This document shows positions 9,240 through 19,230 of a stretch of DNA of 64,000 nucleotides, in pieces. Source of the DNA: Rhodospirillaceae bacterium (GTDB lineage Bacteria > Pseudomonadota > Alphaproteobacteria > GCA-2731375); contig JABIRL010000002.1 of NCBI GenBank assembly GCA_018667855.1, positions 2,300 through 66,299 of the forward strand, in the 5' to 3' direction. The position numbers and the translations under genes were made by a program. The notes under the pieces are model-generated. The model was not told the origin of the DNA, did not search any database, and saw only the letters and a program-made list of their open reading frames with translations. Every line of letters begins with the position of its first letter. Positions within the stretch are counted from its first letter, which is position 1.

Positions 9240-10310
9240 CTATTTCGGCAAATCGCCGTCAACGCCTTTGACGTACCAATTCATGCCCGACAGGGTACCG
9301 TCATCCATGACCTTGCCGTCGGCCAGGGCGAGGGAGCCGTCCTGTTTGTAAAGCGGCCCGGTAAAGGGATGCAATTTGCCCGACGTGATCATGGCCTGGG
9401 TTTTCTTGGCCATGGCGGCGACGTCCGAGGGCATATTGGTATAGGCTGCCATTTCCACGGTCCCTTGAGCCAGACCATCCCAGGCGTTCGATGATTTCCA
9501 ACTGCCGTCCAGAACCGCCTTGGTGCGGCGCACATAGTAGGGCGCCCAGTTATCGACGATCGAGGTCAGCTGCGCCTTCGGTGCGAACTTGATCATGTCG
9601 GAAGCCTGGCCGAAGCCCAAAGCGCCCTTGTCGGCGGCGATCTGCAGCGGCGCGGTGGAATCGGTGTGCTGGGTGACGATGTCGGCGCCTTGACCGATCA
9701 GCACCTTGGCCGCATCCGCTTCTTTGCCCGGATCAAACCAGGAATTGACCCAAATAACCTTCAGCTTGAAGTTCGGGTTGATGGTCTGGGCGCCCAGAAT
9801 GAAGGAATTGATGCCCATCACCACTTCCGGAATGGGGAAGGAGGCGATATAGCCGGCCACGCCGGATTTCGACATCTTGGCGGCGATTTGGCCGATGATA
9901 TAGCGGCCTTCGTAAAAGCGGGCGTTATAGGTCGCCACATTCTTGGAGCGTTTGAAGCCCGTGGCATGTTCGAATTTCACCTTGGGGAAGCGCTTGGCCA
10001 CCTTCAATGTGGGATTCATGAAACCAAACGAAGTGGTGAAGATCAGGCCCGCGCCCTGGCGTGCCAGACGCTCGATGGCGCGTTCGGCATCGGGGCCTTC
10101 CGCGACTTTTTCCACGAATACGGTTTCGACCTTGTCGCCCAGTTCCTTTTCGATGGCCAGGCGGCCTTGATCGTGTTGATAGGACCAGCCGTGATCACCG
10201 ATGGGCCCGACATAGATAAAGCCGATTTTCAGTTTATCGGCGGCGGATGCGGCACCCGCGGCGAATATCATCGCCAGGGATAACGCGATCGAACCAATGA
10301 GTTTTTTCAT
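9240..10310 (-). CDS. BMP-family ABC substrate-binding protein (purine/nucleoside)
   Basis: Signal peptide MKKLIGSIALSL..., GFIYVGPIGDHGWSYQHDQGR, TTSFGF, WFDPGKE, QHTDS; start trimmed to the ATG at 10310, which has a GAGGAG RBS. Confidence 0.92.
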   Translation of the reverse strand: MKKLIGSIALSLAMIFAAGAASAADKLKIGFIYVGPIGDHGWSYQHDQGRLAIEKELGDKVETVFVEKVAEGPDAERAIERLARQGAGLIFTTSFGFMNPTLKVAKRFPKVKFEHATGFKRSKNVATYNARFYEGRYIIGQIAAKMSKSGVAGYIASFPIPEVVMGINSFILGAQTINPNFKLKVIWVNSWFDPGKEADAAKVLIGQGADIVTQHTDSTAPLQIAADKGALGFGQASDMIKFAPKAQLTSIVDNWAPYYVRRTKAVLDGSWKSSNAWDGLAQGTVEMAAYTNMPSDVAAMAKKTQAMITSGKLHPFTGPLYKQDGSLALADGKVMDDGTLSGMNWYVKGVDGDLPK

Positions 10311-10380
10311 GATTTCTCCTCTTGCCTCACAAGTTGTCGTCGTTTTGTCATCGTTTTTCAGTGCGGTACTTCGAATTTGT

Positions 10381-10410
10381 CCGTCTTCGCTGTCCGCAAA
10401 GCGAAGACGG
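10381..10410. other. Perfect 10-bp stem-loop between permease and BMP genes
   Basis: CCGTCTTCGC-N10-GCGAAGACGG; no U-tract follows. Confidence 0.6.
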
Positions 10411-10421
10411 CGCAATTACCT

Positions 10422-11342
10422 TTACCTCTCGGGTGCGAACGGTTGTCCTATGCAGGCCGGCGTATTGACCTTGGTCAGGGTCTTGTTGCCGGAAATGATA
10501 ATCAACGCCACGATGGTAACAAGATAGGGCAGCGATGACAGCAATTGCGCCGGGATCGCCACGCCCAGGGCTTGGACGTACAGCCCCATGATCCAGACCG
10601 TGCCGAACAGATAGGCCCCGATCATCAACCGTTTTGGCAACCAGGTGGAAAACACCACCAGCGCCAGGGCGATCCAGCCGCGGCCGGAGCTCATGTTCTC
10701 GATCCATTGCGGCGTGTAGGCGAGCGACAGATAGGCCCCCGCCAAACCGGAGCAGGCGCCGCCGAAGGCGATACAGCCGTAACGTACCCGGATCACGTTG
10801 TAGCCCAGGGCGTGGGCCGAATGATGGTTGCCGCCCACGGCCGTGATGATCAGGCCCAGACGGGTGCGAAACAGCACATAGGCCACGCCCAGCGGTATGG
10901 CGAGAGAGGCGTAAACCAGAATGTCGTGGCCAAAGAGTATCGGCCCGATGAACGGAATATCGCTGAGGAAGGGAATATCAAGCACGGTGAGCTTGACGCC
11001 GGGCAGACCGGTAAAAGCCTCGCCGATCAGGCCGGACAGGCCCAGCCCAAGCAGGGTCAGGGACAACCCCGTGGCGACCTGCGAGGTCATCAGGGTCTGG
11101 GTCAGAAAAGCGAATAACATGGACATCACGACGCCCGCCAGCAACCCCGCCGCCACGCCAAGCATGGCGGAACCTGAAGTATAGGCGGTGGCGAAACCGC
11201 AGACCGCGCCCATGATCATCATGCCCTCGACGCCCAGATTCAAGACCCCGGAACGTTCCGTGACCAGTTCGCCGATCGCCGCCAGCAACAACGGTGTCGA
11301 GGCCGTGATGATGGTCAAAATGACTGCTTCCAATGCACCCAT
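10422..11342 (-). CDS. Nucleoside/purine ABC transporter permease
   Basis: TPLLLAAIGELVTERSGVLNLGVEGMM, GRGWIALALVVF, PYLVTI. Confidence 0.92.
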   Translation of the reverse strand: MGALEAVILTIITASTPLLLAAIGELVTERSGVLNLGVEGMMIMGAVCGFATAYTSGSAMLGVAAGLLAGVVMSMLFAFLTQTLMTSQVATGLSLTLLGLGLSGLIGEAFTGLPGVKLTVLDIPFLSDIPFIGPILFGHDILVYASLAIPLGVAYVLFRTRLGLIITAVGGNHHSAHALGYNVIRVRYGCIAFGGACSGLAGAYLSLAYTPQWIENMSSGRGWIALALVVFSTWLPKRLMIGAYLFGTVWIMGLYVQALGVAIPAQLLSSLPYLVTIVALIIISGNKTLTKVNTPACIGQPFAPER

Positions 11343-11351
11343 GGTCCCCTC

Positions 11352-12431
11352 CTACGCCTCTTTCGCCGCGCCGGCGCCGGGCGCAAATTTGATGCGGTAA
11401 TGGATCAGCGTATCGCAGGCCAGGATGAAGAACAGCAGCATGCCCTGGAATACCTGTGCCGTTTTGTCCGAGATTCCCAGCTCAACCTGGGCCGCCTCGC
11501 CACCCAGATAAGAAATCGCCAGCAGGATCCCCGCGAACAGCACCCCGATGGGGTTCAACCGCCCCAAAAAGGCGACGATGATCGCCGTGAAGCCATAGCC
11601 GGGCGATATGGTCGGCTGCAATTGCCCGCTGGGTCCGGCGACCTCGCAGATGCCCGCCAATCCGGCCAGGGCGCCCGAGAGCATGAAACAGAACCAGACC
11701 ACCCGTTTTTGCCCGAAGCCGGCGAAAGCGCCGGCGCGGGGGGAGCGGCCGATAACACGGATTTCAAAGCCGCGCAGGGATCGGCCCATCATGATCCACA
11801 GGATAATCACCGCGACGACCGCCAGAATGGCGCCAATATGGACCCGCCCCTCCCCCAGCAACGGCAGCAGCTGCCAACCCTCGAACGGCACCGATTGCGG
11901 AAAATTGAATCCCTGCGGGTCACGCCACGGCCCGCGCACCAGCCAATCCAGCAGCAGTTGCGCCACGTAGACCAGCATCAGGGATGTCAAAATCTCATTG
12001 GCGCCAAAGCGGTTCTTCAACAACGCCGGGATGGCCCCGAACAAGGCGCCGCCGACAGCGCCCAGGACCAACATCAATACCAACACCAAAGGCGACTGCC
12101 AGGCGGTGAAATAGACTGGAATGGCGGCACCGAACAAGGCGCCGATGGTCAATTGCCCCTCGGCGCCGATGTTCCAGACATTGGCGGTGTAGCAAACCGC
12201 CAGCCCGGCGCCGATCAATATCAGGGGCGCCGCCTTGACGATCAATTCCTCGACCGACCAGATCGAGGTCATCGGCTCAATGAAATAAATGTATAGCGCC
12301 TTGAAAGGATCAAGACCCAGGCCGGTGAAGATGAAACCGCCGATCACCACGGTCAACCCAATTGCCAGAACAGGCGATAGAAAAGTCATCGCCTTTGATT
12401 GTTCGCTGCGCTTTTCCAGAACGATCATCAT
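11352..12431 (-). CDS. Nucleoside/purine ABC transporter permease
   Basis: WNIGAEGQ, NEILTSLML, GYGFTAIIVAFLGRLNP. Confidence 0.92.
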   Translation of the reverse strand: MMIVLEKRSEQSKAMTFLSPVLAIGLTVVIGGFIFTGLGLDPFKALYIYFIEPMTSIWSVEELIVKAAPLILIGAGLAVCYTANVWNIGAEGQLTIGALFGAAIPVYFTAWQSPLVLVLMLVLGAVGGALFGAIPALLKNRFGANEILTSLMLVYVAQLLLDWLVRGPWRDPQGFNFPQSVPFEGWQLLPLLGEGRVHIGAILAVVAVIILWIMMGRSLRGFEIRVIGRSPRAGAFAGFGQKRVVWFCFMLSGALAGLAGICEVAGPSGQLQPTISPGYGFTAIIVAFLGRLNPIGVLFAGILLAISYLGGEAAQVELGISDKTAQVFQGMLLFFILACDTLIHYRIKFAPGAGAAKEA

Positions 12432-13978
12432 GAGGCCGCCGCCTTCTCTGGCGCCTTCTCGTGCGCCCCGGCCATCAACAGGCCGATTTGTTCCAGGCTC
12501 AATTCCTCCGCCGGGTAGGCTTCCGACATTTCGCCACGGGAGATAACGGCGATGCGGTCCGAGATTTCGAAAATTTCATCCAGGTCCTGGCTGATCACCA
12601 GCACGGCGGAACCACTACGCGCCAGATCAATCAGGGCCTGGCGGATCAACGCGGCGGCGCCGGCATCAACACCCCAGGTGGGTTGGTTGACGACCAGGAT
12701 TTTTGGCTCTCGGGTCATTTCCCGGCCGACGACAAATTTCTGCAGATTACCACCCGAAAGCGACCGTGCCTCGGGGTCGGGCGTGCCCTTGCGCACATCG
12801 AACAGTTCGGTGACTGCCGAATTCACATCACGTGCTGCCGCCCGGTTGATCAACCCTTTGCGCACCACGCCCTCGCCGACCGCATGGTGGGTCAGGACGA
12901 CATTCTCGGACAGTGGAAAATCAGGAACCGCGCCATGGCCGATACGCTCCTCGGGCACGAAGGCCGCATGACGCCGCCGCCGCCGGGTAATGTTCTCCCG
13001 GCCGCAGGCCTCCCCCGACATCTTGACTGTTTCATTGTTCGCGCTTGGCTGTTCGCCCGAGACGGCGTCGAAAAATTCCGACTGGCCATTCCCCGCGACC
13101 CCGGCCACGGCGACAATTTCGCCGGCACGTATCGTTAGATTGATGTTCTTCAGGGCGACGCCAAAGGGGTCATTCGTGGGCAGGGACAGATCCACCAATT
13201 CCAACAGCGGCGAACCCGGTACCCCGCCGCGATCCGCCTTAACCGCCGCGACCTCCGCACCGACCATGAGGTTGGCCAGAGAGGCGGCGGTTTCCTGCTG
13301 CGGGTCAACCCGGGCGACCAGCTTGCCGTGGCGCAGGATGGTGGCGTCGTGGCAAATGCGTTTGACCTCCTCCAGGCGATGGGAAATATACAGCACGCCG
13401 CAGCCTTCCGAAGCCAGACGTTCCAGCGTGACGAACAATTGATCGGCCTCCTGCGGGGTCAGCACGGCCGTGGGTTCGTCCATGATCAACAGGCGCGGTT
13501 CCTGCAACAGGCAGCGCACGATCTCGATCCGCTGGCGTTCCCCGACCGACAGATCCGCCACCAGGGCGTCGGGCCGCAGGGGCAGGCCATAATCGTTCGA
13601 AACTTTTTCAATCCGCCCGGCCAAGGCGCCAATATCCACATCAGCGGGCAGGGCCAGGGCGATATTCTCGGTCACGGTCAGGGCGTCGAACAGGGAAAAA
13701 TGCTGGAACACCATGCCGATGCCCAACTCCCGCGCCGCGGCCGGGTTGGCCACCGTCACGGGCTGACCCTTCCAGAACAATTGTCCGGACGTCGCCTGCA
13801 GGGAGCCATAGATGATTTTCACCAAGGTGGATTTACCGGCGCCGTTTTCCCCCAGCAAGGCATGTATCTCGCCTGGTTTCAGGGACAAGGTGACGTCGTC
13901 GTTGGCGCGCAGCTCGCCAAAAACCTTGACGATATTTCGCGCCTCCAGAAGGTACTCACTCGAACTATCCACGTTCAT
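12428..13978 (-). CDS. ABC transporter ATP-binding protein (tandem NBD, CUT2 type)
   Basis: GENGAGKST Walker A, LSVGERQRIEI, LIMDEPT, second domain LSGGNLQK and QPTWGVD. Confidence 0.93.
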   Translation of the reverse strand: MNVDSSSEYLLEARNIVKVFGELRANDDVTLSLKPGEIHALLGENGAGKSTLVKIIYGSLQATSGQLFWKGQPVTVANPAAARELGIGMVFQHFSLFDALTVTENIALALPADVDIGALAGRIEKVSNDYGLPLRPDALVADLSVGERQRIEIVRCLLQEPRLLIMDEPTAVLTPQEADQLFVTLERLASEGCGVLYISHRLEEVKRICHDATILRHGKLVARVDPQQETAASLANLMVGAEVAAVKADRGGVPGSPLLELVDLSLPTNDPFGVALKNINLTIRAGEIVAVAGVAGNGQSEFFDAVSGEQPSANNETVKMSGEACGRENITRRRRRHAAFVPEERIGHGAVPDFPLSENVVLTHHAVGEGVVRKGLINRAAARDVNSAVTELFDVRKGTPDPEARSLSGGNLQKFVVGREMTREPKILVVNQPTWGVDAGAAALIRQALIDLARSGSAVLVISQDLDEIFEISDRIAVISRGEMSEAYPAEELSLEQIGLLMAGAHEKAPEKAAAS

Positions 13979-14972
13979 GCCCCCCTTCGATGCGCAGCGG
14001 CATTTTTTTGTTTATCCCGCCCGCGCCGGCCTTCTGTTCACATTGTTCCACCCGGCCTAGCAGGTCCGCAACCACGGATGCTGCAATAGCGGATGGCTCC
14101 TTGGATCCGATGCCGGGAATGCCGATGGGACATACCATCCGCTCGATTTCACCTCTCCCCAGTCCAGCCTGCCGCAAACGGCTTTGAAAACGGGCCCGCT
14201 TGGTATCCGAGCCGATCAGACCGACGTAGGCGAATCGATCCGCCCGCAGGGCCCCGGCAACCACATCCAAATCCAGCGCATGGCTGTGCGACATGACCAG
14301 AACGAAAGCCTGATCGGGCAGTGCCGCCAGTTCGCCAACCACCTCCGGTGATGGCACGACGGCGACGTCCCCCGGCACAATCGAGGGAAAGGCGCCCGGC
14401 CGTGGGTCGATCCAGACCACCTTGAAATTCAGGGGCGCCAATGCCAAAACCAACGCCCGTCCCACATGACCGGCGCCAAACAGGGCCAGGGTTTGCCTCG
14501 GCTGGCCAAACTGCTCCCATAACATCCCGGCATCGGGTTGCTGGTTCACATCCACGACGGCCCGCGTCACCTGATACTCTCCGATCCGGCCCAGGGTGGC
14601 GAAAGCGCCCTGGTCTTCGGCCGCGGCCAGAGCCTGCAAATCGTCCAGTTGTGACGGACTCAAAACTTCTTCCAGCAGGCGGACCGAACCGCCGCAGCAT
14701 TGCCCCAAATCGGGACCCAAAGCGTGCACGGACTGGCGTACCGGCGGTCCCGACATATTAGCCTCTGCCTTTGCGATCGCCGCCTGGGCGCTGGCGATGG
14801 CCTGCCATTCCAGGGCGCCGCCGCCAATGGTTCCGGTGAACGAACCATCGGCCAGAACCACCATGCGCGCGCCCGTATCACGGGGCGCCGAACCGCGCGC
14901 CTCAATGACGCTGACCATGGCGCAATATTCCCGGGCCGCCAGACTGCCAGTTATGGTCGACCAGATGCCCAT
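13965..14972 (-). CDS. xdhC: Xanthine dehydrogenase accessory protein XdhC
   Basis: GSAPRDTGARM, GTIGGGALE, LGQCCGG, LFGAGHVGRAL, YVGLIGS.TKRARF, CPIG. Confidence 0.92.
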   Translation of the reverse strand: MGIWSTITGSLAAREYCAMVSVIEARGSAPRDTGARMVVLADGSFTGTIGGGALEWQAIASAQAAIAKAEANMSGPPVRQSVHALGPDLGQCCGGSVRLLEEVLSPSQLDDLQALAAAEDQGAFATLGRIGEYQVTRAVVDVNQQPDAGMLWEQFGQPRQTLALFGAGHVGRALVLALAPLNFKVVWIDPRPGAFPSIVPGDVAVVPSPEVVGELAALPDQAFVLVMSHSHALDLDVVAGALRADRFAYVGLIGSDTKRARFQSRLRQAGLGRGEIERMVCPIGIPGIGSKEPSAIAASVVADLLGRVEQCEQKAGAGGINKKMPLRIEGGHERG

Positions 14973-17306
14973 CTAACCGTCCCCCATGGCACGGACGGCG
15001 CGGGCAATGGCCTCGGGCGTGGCGGGGGCGTCCAATTGCGGCACGCGTCCCGGGCGCAGGCTGGCCACCGCATCGGTGATGGCCGAAAATACCGATATGG
15101 CCAGCATGATGGGCGGTTCCCCCACGGCCTTGGAACGGTAGATCGTGGCCTCCCTGTTGCCCTTGGAGTCCCACAACGTGACCCGGAAATCTTCCGGCAC
15201 GTCCGAGGCGGTGGGAATTTTGTAGGTGGAGGGCGCATGGGTGTTGAGCCGCCCGGCGTCATCGTAAACCAGCTCCTCCGTGGTCAGCCAGCCCATACCC
15301 TGTACGAAGCCGCCCTCGATCTGACCAATATCCAATGCCGGATTGAGGGACTTGCCCACATCATGCAACACATCCACGCGATCAACGCGCATTTCACCGG
15401 TCAAGGTATCGATGGTGACCTCCGCGCAGGCCGCGCCATAGGCAAAATACAAAAACGGCTGCCCCGTTGCCGTATTCCGGTCCCAGGTGATCTTCGGTGT
15501 CGCGAAGTAGCCTGTCGAGGACAGAGAAACCCGCTCCAGAAAACAGCTATTGGCCAATTCGGCGAAGGATATATCGCGCTCACCCACATGGACCCGGTTG
15601 CCGGCGAAACGAACCTGCCGTTTGTCGACCTGGAACAGACGGCAGGCCAGATCCGTCATCCGGTCCTTGATGGTGGCCGCCGCGCGTTGCGCGGCCATGC
15701 CATTCAGATCGGAGCCCGAGGAAGCAGCGGTCGGCGTGGTGTTGGGAACCTTGTCGGTCGTGGTCGCCGTGATCTGTACATGGGCGAAGTCGATGCCGAA
15801 TTCCTGCGCCACCACCTGCGCCACCTTGGTGTACAGGCCCTGGCCCATCTCGGTGCCGCCATGGTTCACTTGCACGGAGCCATCGGTGTAGACATGTACC
15901 AGGGCGCCGGCCTGATTGAGATGCTTCAGGGTAAAGGCGATGCCGAATTTGACCGGCGTCAGCGCGATGCCTTTTTTGAGAAAACGGTTGGTCTTGTTGA
16001 AGGCCCTGACGTCCCGCCGACGGCGGCGGTAGTCGGATGTTTTCTCCAGCTCCCGCACGAGCCTCGGCGCGATGTTATCCCTCACCTTCATGCCGTAAGG
16101 CGTGACGTCACGTTTCGGTCCATACAGATTACGCTTACGCACATCCAGCGGATCAAGGCGGAGGCGGATCGCGATCTCGTCCATCATGCGTTCCGCGAAC
16201 AGCATGCCCTGCGGTCCGCCGAAGCCTCTGAACGCCGTGTTAGAGACCGTATTGGTCCTGACCCGGCGGGACAGAACGCGGGATGCGGGATAAAAATAAG
16301 CATTGTCGGTGTGAAACAGCGTGCGGTCACAGACGCCCAGGGACAGATCGGCGGAATAGCCGCAGCGGGCATTGAAAGCCACGTCAATCGCATCCAGCCG
16401 GCCCTTGTCGTCGTATCCATAGCTGTAATTCGCCAACACGTCATGGCGCTTGCCGGTCATGATCATATCGTCATCGCGGTCCAGTCGGATCTTGACCGCC
16501 CGTCCCGTCACATGGGCCCCAAGCGCCGCCAGGCAGGCCCATTGGGAGGCCTGGCTTTCCTTGCCACCGAAGCCGCCGCCCATGCGCCGGCATTCGCAAA
16601 TCACCCGGGCCTGGGGCACTTCCAGCATATGCGCCACCAAGTGCTGCACTTCGGTTGGACCTTGGGTTGAGGAATGCACATGCATCACGCCACCTTCGCC
16701 GGGCAACGCCAGGGCGACCTGCCCCTCCAGATAAAAATGCTCCTGACCGCCGATACGCAGGTTGCCGGAAGCCCGATGGGCCGAGGCCGCGATTGTCCGA
16801 TCCGGATCGCCGGAGAGGAATTGATAGTCGGGCAGAACCGTCTCGCCCGAGATCAAACCGTCATCAACGGATACAGTTGGTGTTTCCTCATTGATCTCGA
16901 TCTTCGCCAAGGCAGCGGCGTGGCGCGCCTGATAACGGCTATGGGCCGCGACGGCAAAGATCACTTGGCCATGAAATTCGATCCGGCCATCGGCCAAAAT
17001 CGGATCGCCGCCAATCGAGGGACTGCATTCGTTCGGGCCCGGAATATCCTGTGCCGTCAGTACCGCGACCACGCCCGGCGCGGCCCGCACCGCATCCAGA
17101 TCGAGCGTAACAATGGCGCCCTTCGCGCCCGTCGCGGCATAACCCGGCGCCAGATGCAGCAGACCGGCCGCCTCAGGCATGTCATCAATATATCGGGCGC
17201 TGCCCTGGATCTGCCAGGCGGCGCTGTCATGGGGCAAGGCGTTACCAACGGTATGGTCACCGCCGGGCGGGGGAATTCGGGTCCGAATTGGGACGCTATG
17301 GGGCAT
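14973..17306 (-). CDS. xdhB: Xanthine dehydrogenase molybdopterin-binding subunit
   Basis: GGQEHFYLEGQ, RRMGGGFGGKESQ, TAFRGFGGPQG, HGGTEMGQGL, GQIEGGFVQGMGW, SKAVGEPP; likely start ATG 17306 (track ORF starts 17372). Confidence 0.95.
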   Translation of the reverse strand: MPHSVPIRTRIPPPGGDHTVGNALPHDSAAWQIQGSARYIDDMPEAAGLLHLAPGYAATGAKGAIVTLDLDAVRAAPGVVAVLTAQDIPGPNECSPSIGGDPILADGRIEFHGQVIFAVAAHSRYQARHAAALAKIEINEETPTVSVDDGLISGETVLPDYQFLSGDPDRTIAASAHRASGNLRIGGQEHFYLEGQVALALPGEGGVMHVHSSTQGPTEVQHLVAHMLEVPQARVICECRRMGGGFGGKESQASQWACLAALGAHVTGRAVKIRLDRDDDMIMTGKRHDVLANYSYGYDDKGRLDAIDVAFNARCGYSADLSLGVCDRTLFHTDNAYFYPASRVLSRRVRTNTVSNTAFRGFGGPQGMLFAERMMDEIAIRLRLDPLDVRKRNLYGPKRDVTPYGMKVRDNIAPRLVRELEKTSDYRRRRRDVRAFNKTNRFLKKGIALTPVKFGIAFTLKHLNQAGALVHVYTDGSVQVNHGGTEMGQGLYTKVAQVVAQEFGIDFAHVQITATTTDKVPNTTPTAASSGSDLNGMAAQRAAATIKDRMTDLACRLFQVDKRQVRFAGNRVHVGERDISFAELANSCFLERVSLSSTGYFATPKITWDRNTATGQPFLYFAYGAACAEVTIDTLTGEMRVDRVDVLHDVGKSLNPALDIGQIEGGFVQGMGWLTTEELVYDDAGRLNTHAPSTYKIPTASDVPEDFRVTLWDSKGNREATIYRSKAVGEPPIMLAISVFSAITDAVASLRPGRVPQLDAPATPEAIARAVRAMGDG

Positions 17307-18780
17307 GCGCGGCCTCCCCGTGACGCACGCCAATGACCCGCATGGCGGCACTGTCCCGGCCGCCAACTTCATGCAGGGCCTTGATCAGCAAGGCCTGCGC
17401 CGTTTGCAGACGGTAGACGGCACTGGCGCGCATATCATCGATGGGCGCGTAATCCTCGGCCAGGGCATCCCGCGCGGCCGCCCAGGCGTCCTCGTCGGAA
17501 AGCGCCAGGCCTATCAAGGCTGCTTCCGTCGCCGCCCCCCGCTTTGGCGTCGCGGCCATGCCGCCGAATGCGACGCGGGCATCCATAATCCGACCATCGG
17601 CGATGGTGAATTTGAAGGCGCCAAGGACGGCGGAGATATCCTGATCGAAGCGTTTGGTAATCTTGTAACAGCGGAAGGCCTCGTCCGCTGCCAGGCGCGG
17701 CACGTCAATACCGGTGACAAATTCACCCGGACCACGGTCCTGCCCGCCGTATTCAACAAAGTAGTCTTCCAGCGCCATTGACCGGGTGCCATCGCCTTGC
17801 CGCAGGTGCAGTTCAGCCCCCAGCACGATGAGTGCCGGCGGCGTATCGCCGATGGGCGAGCCGTTGGCTATATTGCCACCCACGGTGCCGGCGGCGCGCA
17901 CTTGTTTGGAGCCGATGCGGCGCAGAACCTCGCCAAGATCGGGGTCGATGGATACCAAAACCTCTTCCGCCTGGGCGTAGCTGGCCCCGGCGCCGATGTG
18001 ATAGCCGCGATCCGTCGTCCGAATTTCCGCCAATCCGGCGACCCGGCCAAGATGAATGATTTTCGGTAGCTGGCGTAGTTGCTTGGTGATCCAAAGCCCT
18101 ACATCGGTGGCGCCGGCCACGATGACGGCATCAGGGTGGCGGGCGTAAAGATCCGCCAGGCTGTCCATGGTCGCGGGCGCGGCGAAGAATGATGTCTCAT
18201 CGCCCATAAACAGATCCGCGCCATCATCCAGGGCCGTAAGCTGATCAACGGTTGTGGTATATCGGGCGGAAAACCGATCGTCCGCCATGCCGCCGCAGGC
18301 GTCCCGGCCCGCATCCACAATGGGGCGATAACCAGTGCAGCGGCACAGGTTTCCGGCCAGGCAGTCGTTCACGGCCTGTCGGTCCGCCACCCCCTTGTCG
18401 TGATACAGGGTGAACAGGCTCATCACGATGCCAGGGGTGCAAAAGCCGCATTGGCTGCCGTGATGGCGCAGCATGGCGTCCTGCACCGGATGCAGATCAT
18501 CGTGGCCCGTGGCGAGGTCTTCGACGGTGACAAGTTCCTTGCCGTCGATCATACCCAGCAGTTGGATGCAGGCATTGACGGGTTTGTAAATCAGGTTGCC
18601 ATCGCGCAATGTGCCCACGGCCACGGTACAGGCGCCGCAGTCGCCCTCGGCGCAACCTTCCTTGGTTCCATTCAAGCTCCGGCGCAGGCGCAGATAATCC
18701 AACAGGGTTTCGTTTGGACCGACCTGGCTCAACTCGACCACCGCACCCTGGTGTAGAAACTTAATTGCCCCACGCGCCAT
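17296..18780 (-). CDS. xdhA: Xanthine dehydrogenase small subunit (2Fe-2S + FAD)
   Basis: GTKEGCAEGDCGAC, HGSQCGFCTPG, GNLCRCTGYRPI, AGATDVGLW, YKITKRFDQDIS. Confidence 0.95.
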   Translation of the reverse strand: MARGAIKFLHQGAVVELSQVGPNETLLDYLRLRRSLNGTKEGCAEGDCGACTVAVGTLRDGNLIYKPVNACIQLLGMIDGKELVTVEDLATGHDDLHPVQDAMLRHHGSQCGFCTPGIVMSLFTLYHDKGVADRQAVNDCLAGNLCRCTGYRPIVDAGRDACGGMADDRFSARYTTTVDQLTALDDGADLFMGDETSFFAAPATMDSLADLYARHPDAVIVAGATDVGLWITKQLRQLPKIIHLGRVAGLAEIRTTDRGYHIGAGASYAQAEEVLVSIDPDLGEVLRRIGSKQVRAAGTVGGNIANGSPIGDTPPALIVLGAELHLRQGDGTRSMALEDYFVEYGGQDRGPGEFVTGIDVPRLAADEAFRCYKITKRFDQDISAVLGAFKFTIADGRIMDARVAFGGMAATPKRGAATEAALIGLALSDEDAWAAARDALAEDYAPIDDMRASAVYRLQTAQALLIKALHEVGGRDSAAMRVIGVRHGEAAHAP

Positions 18781-18783
18781 GTC

Positions 18784-19137
18784 CTAGCTGCCCCTATACG
18801 TGGAATAGCCGTAGGCGGAGAGTAAAAGCGGAACGTGATAATGCGACTCGCTGTCCGCCACGCCAAAGCGGATCGGTACAATGTCAAGAAACAGGGGTTC
18901 CGGTAAAGCTTCGGCTTGAGCTTGCAGATAGTCGCCCGCCATGAAGCGCAATTCATAGGTTCCAACCGCAAGCTCCGCGCCGTCGAGCACCGGCCCGTCG
19001 ATCCGGCCATCGTCGTTCGTGCGCATGGTCTTCAGATGTGCGCTTTCCGCGCCGTCAAGGCGCCAGAGTTCAATGACCAGGCCGCGCGCCGGCTGTCCCG
19101 TCGTCAGATCGAGCACATGCGTGGTCAACCGACCCAT
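18784..19137 (-). CDS. uraH: 5-hydroxyisourate hydrolase (transthyretin-like)
   Basis: [17 protein letters not shown]-terminal [19 protein letters not shown]; start trimmed to ATG 19137. Confidence 0.95.
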   Translation of the reverse strand: MGRLTTHVLDLTTGQPARGLVIELWRLDGAESAHLKTMRTNDDGRIDGPVLDGAELAVGTYELRFMAGDYLQAQAEALPEPLFLDIVPIRFGVADSESHYHVPLLLSAYGYSTYRGS

Positions 19138-19196
19138 CAATCCGCTCCCACCCGGTTGGCCGCCTTTACTTCGCAACTTAGGCGGCAGTTTTCTTG

Positions 19197-19212
19197 AATG
19201 TTAAAGAACATT
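19197..19212. promoter_or_regulatory. Palindromic candidate operator upstream of the uraH-xdh operon
   Basis: AATGTT-aaag-AACATT, overlapping a TAACAT -10-like hexamer on the minus strand. Confidence 0.4.
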
Positions 19213-19230
19213 TCGCGACCCGTCACCCAT

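Noticed and set aside
14700-16670. 656-aa + strand ORF and similar long antisense ORFs (e.g. 5262-6242, 6516-7634, 25439-26527, 50204-51751, 61277-62632)
   Set aside because: They lie opposite well-supported genes, carry no recognisable motifs, and are expected in high-GC DNA
19138-19230. Xanthine (NMT1) or purine riboswitch upstream of uraH
   Set aside because: Only a simple 7-bp hairpin; I could not match conserved aptamer nucleotides. An Rfam covariance search would settle it
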